Shown here: in pieces, positions 18,980-28,177 of the stretch
Numbering within the stretch: position 1 is the stretch's first letter
Layout: the number at the start of each line of letters is the position of its first letter
NCBI GenBank assembly: GCA_965223485.1
Contig: OZ244993.1
Location: forward strand, 1,207,400 to 1,271,399
Reading direction: 5' to 3'
Length of the DNA: 64,000 nt
DNA from: Rhodothermales bacterium
Lineage (GTDB): Bacteria; Bacteroidota; Rhodothermia; Rhodothermales; VXPQ01
Made by a program: the position numbers and the translations under genes
The notes under the pieces: model-generated
Database searches by the model: none
What the model saw: only the letters and a program-made list of their open reading frames with translations
What the model was told of the DNA's origin: nothing

Positions 18980-19879
18980 TCAGGCATCGCGGGCCCCATA
19001 CACAAACTCCTCCCCGATCTTCCACACCCCCCTTTCCCGAAAAGCGGGGATGGTCTGGCGGCGGGCGGCGTTCGTGACCGCAGGCGCCGAGAGTCCATGC
19101 TGTCTGATGTAATCCGACAGCCGGGTAATGGTCTCCCCTCGTAAATAGCTCAGCCTCTTGTGCAGGGACTCTATGAGCGCCAGCGCCAGAATACTTTCCA
19201 TGGTCCTTGTCGTGTGGCCGTCCTCATAGTCCGTGAATGCCCGGTAGTACTTCTGCTTTTCCGAGTTGCGGACGATAAGGCGCGGCAATCCCAGTTGCAG
19301 GAGCTGAAAATCGATGAGAATCCGCCCCAGGCGGCCGTTGCCGTCGCAAAAGGGATGGATCCGCTCAAAATCCAGATGAAATCGGGCAATCTTGTCGAGG
19401 AAATAGGGGTTGAGGTTGCTGGAGTACTCGATGAGAATATTATCCATCATGCGTTCCACATGTTCGGGCGCCGGTGCGATATGCGGGCCCACCCGCACAT
19501 ACTCTCCCTGCTGGCGAAAGCGTCCGGCGATGGCGTCGTCAATGCCTCCGATGAGCATCTGATGCAAGAGAAGTATCAGGCTCTTGCTCAATTCGCTGTC
19601 TTTGGTCCTGGCCCGCTTGTATTCCGTAACGCGAGCCAGATTTTTTGCCTCGAAGACTTCCCGCACGGATACATTCCGGGACAGCATCTGCTCCAGCAGG
19701 ATGCGCTCTGTCTCCTTGAGGGTGAGGGTCGAATTCTCGATCGCGTTCGAGTTGTACACGCTTTCGGGCGCCTCCACTTCGTCAATCATCGACAGCAACG
19801 ATTCCTTGCCCGGGCGCAGGGTGTCGTACGTCTTCTTCAGGGCCTGGATGCGGTTTCTTGTCGGCTGTGTGGTTGCCAT
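18980..19879 (-). CDS. Fic family protein (class II) with C-terminal HTH
   Basis: 299 aa with Fic motif HPFCDGNGRLGRIL, inhibitory motif SNAIEN, and C-terminal RRQTIPAFRERGVWKIGEEF. Confidence 0.9.
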   Translation of the reverse strand: MATTQPTRNRIQALKKTYDTLRPGKESLLSMIDEVEAPESVYNSNAIENSTLTLKETERILLEQMLSRNVSVREVFEAKNLARVTEYKRARTKDSELSKSLILLLHQMLIGGIDDAIAGRFRQQGEYVRVGPHIAPAPEHVERMMDNILIEYSSNLNPYFLDKIARFHLDFERIHPFCDGNGRLGRILIDFQLLQLGLPRLIVRNSEKQKYYRAFTDYEDGHTTRTMESILALALIESLHKRLSYLRGETITRLSDYIRQHGLSAPAVTNAARRQTIPAFRERGVWKIGEEFVYGARDA

Positions 19880-20171
19880 GCCGTTACAACAATAAATTCA
19901 CTATTTATTGGGTAATATACGTGAATATAGTGCATAAAAAGGGTGCTATTCACTAATATGTTGCGGTGCATGAGAGGTTTCCAAGACAGCCAACCCGGAT
20001 GCCTGACTTACAGAGACTCCCGAGTTTGCCTGCACGCTTGCTATGTGGACCGCATGCTCTTGCAGACCCGCTTCCCTTATATCCTGCATGCGCCCGCAGC
20101 ATGCAGTGCGTACATTCCAGGCATCCGCCCCCCGGTACGCAAAACCACGACAAAACCCGCCTCATAACGCC

Positions 20172-21104
20172 ATGACCCTTCCCGTTTTTTCCCTGTTGAT
20201 GAGCTTGCTGAGCCTGCCGGGTCTTTTGCTTACGGCATGCAGCACGGAGACCGGAATAGCACCCGCAGGGCCGGAGGGGGGCGCAAGGGATACGCTCCGC
20301 ATTCTGTCGTTCAACATCCGGTACGACAATCCGGAAGACGGGCCGGACGCCTGGCCCCATCGGAAGGAGGCAGTGGCGGACATGATCCGGTCCCGGGCGG
20401 TGGATGTCGCGGGACTTCAGGAAGCGCTGAAGGGGCAGATCGACGATCTGCAAGCGCTGCTTCCCGACTACGCATGGCTGGGCGTGGGCCGTGAGGACGG
20501 CATGGAGCAGGGGGAGTTCGCTCCGATTTTCTACCGGCGCGACCGCCTGGATACCCTGCGGTGGGGCACATTCTGGTTGTCCGAAACGCCGGATATCCCC
20601 GGGAGCCGGTCATGGGATGCGGCGCTCGAACGCATTGTAACCTGGGCGGTGCTGCGCGACCGGCAGACAAGCGAGGCGTTTCTGGCGGTCAACACGCACT
20701 TCGATCACCGGGGAGCGGAGGCCCGGACCCGCAGCGCGGAACTGATTGTCGAAAGCCTCAACGATCTGGCAACCGGACAGTCAGGAGAACAGGATGACGA
20801 AGGGGCCGGGAGCTTGCCCGTCGTGCTTACGGGGGATTTCAACGCGGGAGAGGACAGTGCGCCGTACGCCGTGCTCACGGATGCTCTTTCCGATGCTTTG
20901 TACGCTTCGGAGCAGCCCCACGAAGGGCCGATGTCCACCTGGAATGGTTTCGAGGCCATTGTGCCCGGTCGGCGCATAGACTATATCTTCGTCGGCGCCG
21001 GCGTGCGGGTATACGCCCATCGCATACTGCCGGACACGATCGCCAACGGCCGCTTCCCGTCCGATCATCTGCCGGTACTGGCGGAGGTTGGGTTGGAGAA
21101 GTAG
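20172..21104 (+). CDS. endonuclease/exonuclease/phosphatase (EEP) family lipoprotein
   Basis: The ATG at 20172 gives signal/lipobox LLLTACS. Also LRILSFNIRYDN, VDVAGLQE, NTHFDHRG, LTGDFN and SDHLPVLAEV. Confidence 0.8.
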   Translation: MTLPVFSLLMSLLSLPGLLLTACSTETGIAPAGPEGGARDTLRILSFNIRYDNPEDGPDAWPHRKEAVADMIRSRAVDVAGLQEALKGQIDDLQALLPDYAWLGVGREDGMEQGEFAPIFYRRDRLDTLRWGTFWLSETPDIPGSRSWDAALERIVTWAVLRDRQTSEAFLAVNTHFDHRGAEARTRSAELIVESLNDLATGQSGEQDDEGAGSLPVVLTGDFNAGEDSAPYAVLTDALSDALYASEQPHEGPMSTWNGFEAIVPGRRIDYIFVGAGVRVYAHRILPDTIANGRFPSDHLPVLAEVGLEK

Positions 21105-21263
21105 GGAGCGATCAAGTAAACATCTCCGTGCATTTCCTAAAAGGACATGCGCACTCCATGGTCAGGCAGCGATCATGCGGAAGGAGAGAAAGGCGACCTT
21201 TCAGGCAATGCGGCACCCCGGAAGTACTTCCGGGGTACTGTCCTGATGAGAACCGTCACCAGA

Positions 21264-21286
21264 GGGTGATCAAGGGTTTTGCTCGA
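21264..21286 (+). repeat. 23-nt direct repeat GGGTGATCAAGGGTTTTGCTYGA, copy 1 (upstream of the WD40 gene)
   Basis: Matches 23773-23795 at 22/23. Confidence 0.8.
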
Positions 21287-21509
21287 TTGCGTGCACGCTT
21301 TCAGGTAAAACACAGGCGGATTCGTTCAGGAAGTTTGACTTTTGGTATGAGACTCACGTATAATTTTCGAACTTGTGACGTTTCGGGGACAATCGCTCCT
21401 GCTGTCATTCCCATGGGCTTCGGGAATGCATTGTTATCGCATGACATGAAGGCGGGTCCTCATCCGGAAGATACCCCCTTTCATTTCACCAGACTGTAGC
21501 ACAAGGACG

Positions 21510-23768
21510 ATGTACCCTCCATTTCGTGGTTGCGGGTTCCAATCGATTCGCGCAGGCTGCCTTCGCGCCAGACAGCATAAGCGCCATACGGTTCTTCCTG
21601 CCTCCGGGATTGGCAGGCATGTGCTTGTTGGTCTTTTGTTGGCGGTTGCGCCATTTGTACACGGAAGGAGCTTTGGTCAGCCGGTAAGGGGCTGGCCGGT
21701 TAATACCAGTATCGGGCATAAGCATTGGGTCCTTTCGGTAGCCTTTTCGCCCGATAGCAGTATCGTGGCGTCCGCGTCCCGTGACGGAACCGTCAGGCTG
21801 TGGGATGTAGCTACGGCATCCAACACCGTAACGCTCCTGGGGCATACGGATTGGGTCCTTTCGGTAGCCTTTTCGCCCGATAGCAGTACCGTGGCCTCCG
21901 CATCCCGTGACGGAACCGTCAGGCTGTGGGATGTGGCTACGGGATCCAACGCCGCAACGCTCCCGGGGCATACGTCCTGGGTCAATTCGGTAGCCTTTTC
22001 GCCCGATGGCGGTACTCTGGCGTCCGCGTCCAGTGACGGAACCGTCAGGCTGTGGGATGCGGCTACGGGAGAGAGCACCGCAACGCTCCCGGGGCATACG
22101 TCCTGGGTCCTTTCGGTAGCCTTTTCGCCCGATGGCGGTACCGTGGCGTCCGCGTCCACTGACGGAACCGTCAGGCTGTGGGATGTGGCTACGGGGTCCG
22201 AGACCGCAACGCTCCCGGGGCATACGCATTCGGTCAGTTCGGTAGCCTTCTCGCTCGATGGCAATATCGTGGCGTCCGCGTCCTATGACGAAACCGTCAG
22301 GCTGTGGGATGTGGCTACTGGATCCAACACCGCAACGCTCTCGGGGCATAGGGATCGGGTCAATTCGGTAGCCTTTTCGCCCGATAGCAGCACCGTGGCG
22401 TCCGCGTCCGATGACGGAACGGTCAGGCTGTGGGATGTGGCTACGGAATCCAACACCGCAACGCTCCCGGGGCATACCGGGTTGGTCAATTCGGTAGCCT
22501 TTTCGCCCGATGGCAGTATCGTGGCGTCCGCGTCCCATGACAGAACCGTCAGGCTGTGGGATGTAATTTCAGGGAGTCCCACCTCTACGTTTGGACCCGG
22601 AGTCATACCCTTGGCGGTCGTTTATTCACCTGATGGAAGTACGCTGGCCTCGGGAACCGATGATCATACCGTCAGGCTGTGGGATGTGGCCACGGGATCC
22701 GAGACCGCAACGCTCCCGGGGCATACGTCCGGGGTTAATTCGGTAGCCTTTTCGCCCGATAGCAGTACCGTGGCGTCCGCATCCTATGACAGAACCGTCA
22801 GGCTGTGGGATGTGGCTACGGAATCCAACACCGCAACGCTCTTTGGGCATACGTCCGGGGTTCTTTCGGTAGCCTTTTCGCCCGATGGTAATACCCTGGC
22901 GTCCGCGTCCAGTGACAGAACCGTCAGGCTGTGGGATGTGGCTACTGAATCCGAGACCGCCACGCTATCGGGGCATACCGGGTGGGTCAGTTCGGTAGCC
23001 TTTTCGCCCGATAGCGGTACCGTGGCGTCCGCGTCCTATGACAGAACCGTCAGGCTGTGGGATGTGGCTACTGAATCCGAGACCGCAACGCTCTTTGGGC
23101 ATACCGGGAGTGTCAATTCGGTAGCCTTTTCTCCTGATGGCAGTATCGTGGCGTCCGCGTCCGATGACGGAACCGTCAGGCTGTGGGATGTGGCTACTGA
23201 ATCCAACACCGCAACGCTCTTTGGGCATACGTTTTGGGTCAATTCGGTAGCCTTTTCGCCCGATGGAAACATGCTGGCTTCGGGAGGCGACGACAGAACC
23301 GTCAGGCTGTGGGATGTGGCTACGGAATCCAACATCGCAACGCTATCGGGGCATACCGGGTGGGTCAATTCGGTAGCCTTTTCGCCCGATGGAAACATGC
23401 TGGCGTCAGGGGCATGGGATTGTTTCATTAATCTGTGGGACGTATCAGTCGTAACAGGGCTTGCGCTCGATGACGAAGGGGAGGTTCCAACGGCCTTCCG
23501 CCTGCACGGCAACTATCCCAATCCGTTCAATCCGTCAACGCGCGTGGTATTCGACCTGCCGTCGGCAGCCGAAGTGACGGTGCATGTCTTTGACGTATTG
23601 GGAAGAAACGTGATGGTCACAGGCCCCGTGTCCGTATCGGGCGGTTGGGACCGTTCCCTTGAAGTGCATGCATCCTCGTTGCCCTCGGGCGTATACGTCT
23701 ATCAGGTAAGGGCGCATACGGGTTCGGACATGCTTGTCCGGTCAGGGCGCATGATCCTCGCGAAATGA
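21510..23768 (+). CDS. secreted WD40-repeat protein (14 blades) with T9SS C-terminal sorting domain
   Basis: 14 units of GH..WV.SVAFSPD....ASAS.D.TVRLWDV. The C-terminus LHGNYPNPFNPSTRVVFDLP..SGVYVYQVRA is a T9SS tail. The start is uncertain; a signal-like LVGLLLAVAPFVHG lies near 21620. Confidence 0.85.
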   Translation: MYPPFRGCGFQSIRAGCLRARQHKRHTVLPASGIGRHVLVGLLLAVAPFVHGRSFGQPVRGWPVNTSIGHKHWVLSVAFSPDSSIVASASRDGTVRLWDVATASNTVTLLGHTDWVLSVAFSPDSSTVASASRDGTVRLWDVATGSNAATLPGHTSWVNSVAFSPDGGTLASASSDGTVRLWDAATGESTATLPGHTSWVLSVAFSPDGGTVASASTDGTVRLWDVATGSETATLPGHTHSVSSVAFSLDGNIVASASYDETVRLWDVATGSNTATLSGHRDRVNSVAFSPDSSTVASASDDGTVRLWDVATESNTATLPGHTGLVNSVAFSPDGSIVASASHDRTVRLWDVISGSPTSTFGPGVIPLAVVYSPDGSTLASGTDDHTVRLWDVATGSETATLPGHTSGVNSVAFSPDSSTVASASYDRTVRLWDVATESNTATLFGHTSGVLSVAFSPDGNTLASASSDRTVRLWDVATESETATLSGHTGWVSSVAFSPDSGTVASASYDRTVRLWDVATESETATLFGHTGSVNSVAFSPDGSIVASASDDGTVRLWDVATESNTATLFGHTFWVNSVAFSPDGNMLASGGDDRTVRLWDVATESNIATLSGHTGWVNSVAFSPDGNMLASGAWDCFINLWDVSVVTGLALDDEGEVPTAFRLHGNYPNPFNPSTRVVFDLPSAAEVTVHVFDVLGRNVMVTGPVSVSGGWDRSLEVHASSLPSGVYVYQVRAHTGSDMLVRSGRMILAK
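21711..23430 (+). repeat. intragenic 126-bp (42-aa) WD40 repeat array with high nucleotide identity between units
   Basis: Strings such as ACCGTCAGGCTGTGGGATGTGGCTAC and TCGGTAGCCTTTTCGCCCGAT recur with a 126-nt period. Confidence 0.9.
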
Positions 23769-23772
23769 CGAT

Positions 23773-23795
23773 GGGTGATCAAGGGTTTTGCTTGA
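23773..23795 (+). repeat. 23-nt direct repeat, copy 2 (5 nt after the WD40 stop)
   Basis: See 21264-21286. Confidence 0.8.
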
Positions 23796-23944
23796 CAGAA
23801 CACCTGCTATAGCAGTGGATAAGTGCGTGGACAACCGGTGGAGAAAGAGTGGAGAAACCGGGCGAAACGAAATATTGCTGGCGCGTACCTTTCAAAATCT
23901 ACATGTTTTCGAACGCTTGATATCGTTACCTCCTGACCGATAAT

Positions 23945-25114
23945 ATGTCCGATTCGTATCGTCCTCAACCTGAAGACAAGTTCACGTTCGGTCTCTGGAC
24001 CGTCGGAAACGTGGGCCGGGACCCGTTCGGAGAACCTGTCCGCGCCCCGTTCTCGCCCGTCGAAATCGTCCATATGCTGGCCGATGCGGGCGCCTACGGG
24101 GTCAATTTCCATGACAACGACCTGGTGCCCATCGACGCGACGGCCCAGGAACGGGACGGGATCGTGCGCTCCTTCAAACAGGCTCTCGACGAGCGCGGCC
24201 TGAAGGCGCCGATGGCTACTACGAACCTGTTCACGGACCCTGCTTTCCGGGACGGGGCTTTTACCGCCAACGACCCGGCGGTCCGGGCGTACGCCATCCA
24301 CAAGACCATGCGCGCCATGGATCTCGGCGTGGAGTGCGGGGCCACGACGTACGTCTTCTGGGGCGGTCGGGAAGGGACCGAATCCGACGCTACGAAGAGC
24401 CCCGTGGACGCCTTGGCCTGGATGCGGGAGGCTCTGAATTTCCTGTGCGAATATGCGGTGGATCAGGGGTACGACCTGCGCTTCGCGCTGGAGCCGAAAC
24501 CCAATGAGCCGCGCGGCGACATCTACTTTCCCACGGTGGGCGCCATGCTGGGATTCATCGGCACGCTGGATCGCCCCGACATGGTGGGCGTGAATCCCGA
24601 GGTGGCCCACGAACACATGGCCGGGCTGAACTTCACGCATGCCGTGGCGCAGGCGTGGGATGCCGGCAAGCTTTTCCACATCGACCTGAACGATCAGAAT
24701 CCGGGTCGCTACGACCAGGATTTCCGGTTCGCTGCGCACAACATCAAGCCGGCGTTTTTCCTCGTGAAACTGCTGGAGGAGGTCGGCTACGACGGCCCGC
24801 GTCATTTCGACGCCCATGCCTACCGTACCGAGGACGCCGAGGGCGTCAAGGACTTTGCGCAAGGGTGTATGAGGAGTTACCTGATCCTGAAGAAGAAGGC
24901 GCAGGCGTTTGCAGAAGACGAGACCATCCAGGGGCTGCTTGCCGAGGCGCAGCAGGCCTCCGCCGAATTTCCGTCCTATGCGGGGGGCTATTCCCGGCAG
25001 GCGGCGGAAGCGCTCCGGGAGCATTCTTTCGACCGGGGCCAACTGGCCGCCCGGGGTCTGGCCTACGAAAAAATCGACCAACTGCTCACCGATCTCCTGC
25101 TCGGTGTACGTTGA
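23945..25114 (+). CDS. xylA: xylose isomerase (class I, short type)
   Basis: 389 aa with [34 protein letters not shown] and HIDLNDQ. Confidence 0.9.
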   Translation: MSDSYRPQPEDKFTFGLWTVGNVGRDPFGEPVRAPFSPVEIVHMLADAGAYGVNFHDNDLVPIDATAQERDGIVRSFKQALDERGLKAPMATTNLFTDPAFRDGAFTANDPAVRAYAIHKTMRAMDLGVECGATTYVFWGGREGTESDATKSPVDALAWMREALNFLCEYAVDQGYDLRFALEPKPNEPRGDIYFPTVGAMLGFIGTLDRPDMVGVNPEVAHEHMAGLNFTHAVAQAWDAGKLFHIDLNDQNPGRYDQDFRFAAHNIKPAFFLVKLLEEVGYDGPRHFDAHAYRTEDAEGVKDFAQGCMRSYLILKKKAQAFAEDETIQGLLAEAQQASAEFPSYAGGYSRQAAEALREHSFDRGQLAARGLAYEKIDQLLTDLLLGVR

Positions 25115-25198
25115 GCGGGCCGACGCCCTGTTTCATTCGCCGCGCTACACTACCCGATCTGCCGCTCCATTCCGGTTTCACCCCACGCACACGCTGCC

Positions 25199-25591
25199 AT
25201 GTCATCTAATTCCTCCCCCAGCTATCAGTCCGACGCCCTGCGCACCTTGTCCCGGCAGTTTCACATAGGGGACGGCAGCGAGGAAGGCGCCGTATCGCCC
25301 GAACTCCTGCACGGGGCTATCGGCCTTGCCACGGAGGCGGGCGAATTGCTGGACGCCATCAAGCGCGCACTCTATTACGGGGGTACGCTCGACAAGCCCA
25401 ATCTGGTCGAGGAACTGGGCGACCTCGAATGGTACATGGCCGTGATCCGGGATGCACTCGGCGTCGATCAGGAAGAAGTGCAGCGCATCAACATTGCGAA
25501 GCTGCGGGCGCGCTATCCGGAGAAGTTCACCACGGAAGAGGCCTACAACCGGGATATCGACCGGGAGCGGGAGATTGTAGAAAGGGGATGA
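25199..25591 (+). CDS. MazG-like nucleotide pyrophosphohydrolase domain protein
   Basis: 130 aa with GLATEAGELLDAIKR..EELGDLEWYMAVI and a RYPEKF tail. Confidence 0.7.
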   Translation: MSSNSSPSYQSDALRTLSRQFHIGDGSEEGAVSPELLHGAIGLATEAGELLDAIKRALYYGGTLDKPNLVEELGDLEWYMAVIRDALGVDQEEVQRINIAKLRARYPEKFTTEEAYNRDIDREREIVERG

Positions 25592-25659
25592 CGCGGTCGT
25601 CCGGGAGGGGTGTGCTGGCAAGGAATGACGAAGCAGTGTGGCAGGCCCCACATGTCCCT

Positions 25660-26496
25660 CTATATCCCCAACTCCTTGAACCGCCTTGCCTGCGCTTCGA
25701 TGGCCGGTTCAGTGGCGAGCCGTTCCACGCTGGATGCGCCGAAGAACCCGACGATGCCTTCCGTGTGGTCGAAGATGTACTGTACATCGTCCGGTTCGGC
25801 GATGGGGCCGCCGTGGCATAGCACGAGCACATCTGGATTGACGGCCTTCGCGGCGTCGTGAATGTCCTGCACGCGCTTTGCGGATTCCGCGAGCGTTGGC
25901 GCCGTGTCGGGATTCACGCCGATCGATCCTTTCACCGTCGTGTTCATGTGCGCCACGACGATGTCCGCGCCGGCCTCGGTCAAGGCGGCGGCCTGGGCTT
26001 CGTCGAAGGCGTACGGGCAGGTGAGCATGTCGAGTTCGTGGGCCAGACGGATCATTTCGATCTCGAGGTCGAAACTCATGCCCGTCTCCTCCAGAATCTG
26101 CCGGAAATTACCGTCGATCACGCCCACGGTGGGGAAGTTCTGGACCCCGTCGAATCCCGCTTCCTTGAGCTGCTTCAGGAAGACCGGCATCAGCCGGAAG
26201 GGATCGGTACCGCACACGCCCGCCAGTACGGGGGTGTCCCTGACGACCGGCAAGACCTCGCCTGCCATGTCCATGACGATGGCGTTCGCATCGCCGTAGG
26301 CCATGAGGCCTGCCGCGCTGCCCCGGCCCGCCATGCGGTAGCGCCCGGAATTGTAAATGATGATGAGATCGACGCCGCCCCGCTCGGCGAACTTGGCGGA
26401 AATGCCGGTTCCGGCGCCGGCGCCTATGATCGGTTTGCCTGCCGCTACCTGATTGCGAAGGCGCTGCAGGCTCTCCTGGTATGGAATGAATGGCAT
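25660..26496 (-). CDS. phosphoenolpyruvate hydrolase-like TIM-barrel protein (Tm-1 C-terminal-half homologue)
   Basis: 278 aa with KPIIGAGAGTGISAKFAERGGVDLIIIYNSGRYRMAGRGS..GVCGTDPF. Confidence 0.7.
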   Translation of the reverse strand: MPFIPYQESLQRLRNQVAAGKPIIGAGAGTGISAKFAERGGVDLIIIYNSGRYRMAGRGSAAGLMAYGDANAIVMDMAGEVLPVVRDTPVLAGVCGTDPFRLMPVFLKQLKEAGFDGVQNFPTVGVIDGNFRQILEETGMSFDLEIEMIRLAHELDMLTCPYAFDEAQAAALTEAGADIVVAHMNTTVKGSIGVNPDTAPTLAESAKRVQDIHDAAKAVNPDVLVLCHGGPIAEPDDVQYIFDHTEGIVGFFGASSVERLATEPAIEAQARRFKELGI

Positions 26497-26509
26497 GGGT
26501 CTATGTGTT

Positions 26510-27715
26510 TTACGTCATCAGGGCGATCATCCGTTCGAAGACCGCGTCGGCGAAGGCCGTGTCGTTGATGTGGAGGTCCAGTTCCACGAGTTCGACGGGA
26601 GGCCGAATGTGCCGGCGCAGCGTGTCGAACAGGGCCGCGTCCGCTTCGGGATCATGGAACGGTTCGCCTTCCCGGTCGAGCATGCTGACCCCCTTGAGCG
26701 GCAGCATGAGCACCGTCGGGCCCGTCGTCTTGTTCAGGTTTTCCGCAATGCGCCGCCCGATTTCCCGGCATTCCTCGACGGTCGTGCGCATCAGCGTTAC
26801 GTTGGGGTTGTGCCGGTACAGGGTGCGCCCGCGAAAAGGTTCGGGGACGGTATGCATGGCCCGGAAATTCACCATGTCGAGCGCTCCGCACGAGACCACT
26901 TGGGGAATGCCCGTTTCGCCCGCGGCCGTCAGGCGGTCCGGGCCTGCGGAGAGCACGCCGCCCACCACCTCGTCGCACCATTCCGTGGTGGTCATATCGG
27001 CCACGCCGGCCACGTAACCGTCCCGGATCAACCCTTCCATGGAGCGTCCTCCGGAGCCGGTGGCGTGGAAGACGAGCATCTCGTACCCGGCTTTTTCCAT
27101 GCGCTCGCGAATCCTGTTCACGCAGGGGGTCGTTACGCCGAACATGGAGGCGGCCACAATGGGGCGGTCTTTCGCCGCAGGCACGTCCTGTCCGACCATG
27201 CCGCAGATGGCCCCGGCGGCATTGGCGAGAATGCGGCGGGACAGCGGGTTCAGGCCCGCAATATCGACCGCCGAATACATCAGCGTTACGTCCTTTATGC
27301 CGACATAAGGGGCCACGTCCGCCGACACGACCGTCGAAACCATCAGTTTCGGGACGCCGACCGGCAGGGTCTGCATGGCTGCCGTGGCGATGTTCGTGCC
27401 GCCTCCTCCACCGAGGGCCAGGACCCCGTCGAACCGGCCCGCTTCGTGCAATTCCGGCGTGAGGCGGCAGACGCCGCGAATCATGACATCGACGGCTTCT
27501 CCCCGGTCTCCCCGTTCCCGCAACGCCGCCAGCGAGCCGCCCCCGGCAACGGCCACCTCGTCTGCCGCGATGTCCGGGACAAAGCCGGGTTCGCCGAGCA
27601 CGCCCGCATCCATCGTCAGCGTTCCGAAACCCCGCTCCCGGATGAGATCGCGCACGTACTCGTATTCCGTGCCTTTCGTGTCGAGCGTGCCGATGAGCAG
27701 AATGGTCCGGGGCAT
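26510..27715 (-). CDS. UPF0261 / Tm-1-like ATP-binding domain protein
   Basis: 401 aa with ILLIGTLDTKGTEYEYVRDLI, ALGGGGGTNIATAAM and FHATGSGGRSME. Confidence 0.7.
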   Translation of the reverse strand: MPRTILLIGTLDTKGTEYEYVRDLIRERGFGTLTMDAGVLGEPGFVPDIAADEVAVAGGGSLAALRERGDRGEAVDVMIRGVCRLTPELHEAGRFDGVLALGGGGGTNIATAAMQTLPVGVPKLMVSTVVSADVAPYVGIKDVTLMYSAVDIAGLNPLSRRILANAAGAICGMVGQDVPAAKDRPIVAASMFGVTTPCVNRIRERMEKAGYEMLVFHATGSGGRSMEGLIRDGYVAGVADMTTTEWCDEVVGGVLSAGPDRLTAAGETGIPQVVSCGALDMVNFRAMHTVPEPFRGRTLYRHNPNVTLMRTTVEECREIGRRIAENLNKTTGPTVLMLPLKGVSMLDREGEPFHDPEADAALFDTLRRHIRPPVELVELDLHINDTAFADAVFERMIALMT

Positions 27716-27730
27716 GACCGCCGCGAGGGA

Positions 27731-28177
27731 TCAGTTCGACGAGGAGTAGTCGATGGGCGTTTTGAGGGAACGCCAGGGTTCTTCCTCATGCATGTCCACG
27801 AGGGCAGGCCCTTCAAAGGTTGCCGGAGACAGGGTAGCGAGGAAGATGAGCGGCTCGTCTCCCGCATTCCAGGTGGCGTGCACCACATCCTTCGGGATGT
27901 GGGCCATCTCGCCGGGGCCGAGCAGGCGCTTTTCTTCCCCCACCCATTGCTCCGCCGTCCCGGAAACCACGTAGATGATTTCTTCGAGGGCCGGATGGCG
28001 ATGAAACTGGTGCGCGTCCCCGGGCGGCATATGCACCCGCACCATGAGGAGGTTTTCAGCCTCGGTCAGTCCGGGGCGGCACAGCCAGTGATGAGGCCCC
28101 CAGGGGACTTCTTCCACGTCCGCTTCTGCGGCGGTGACGAAACGCAGGGTTCGGTCGTCGGGCATGGTTTTCGTCAA
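27731..28177 (-). CDS. cupin domain protein
   Basis: 148 aa with GDAHQFHRHPALEEIIYVVSG..GEMAHIPKDVVH. It overlaps the upstream gene by 4 nt. Confidence 0.7.
   Translation of the reverse strand: MTKTMPDDRTLRFVTAAEADVEEVPWGPHHWLCRPGLTEAENLLMVRVHMPPGDAHQFHRHPALEEIIYVVSGTAEQWVGEEKRLLGPGEMAHIPKDVVHATWNAGDEPLIFLATLSPATFEGPALVDMHEEEPWRSLKTPIDYSSSN

Noticed and set aside
21486-22538. 350-aa and other repetitive ORFs antisense to the WD40 array
   Set aside because: Their periodicity is simply the reverse complement of the WD40 repeats. The sense strand has canonical GH/WD motifs and a T9SS tail.
23807-25081. 424-aa ORF antisense to xylA
   Set aside because: xylA on the plus strand is unambiguous, and the antisense product has no motifs and a skewed composition.
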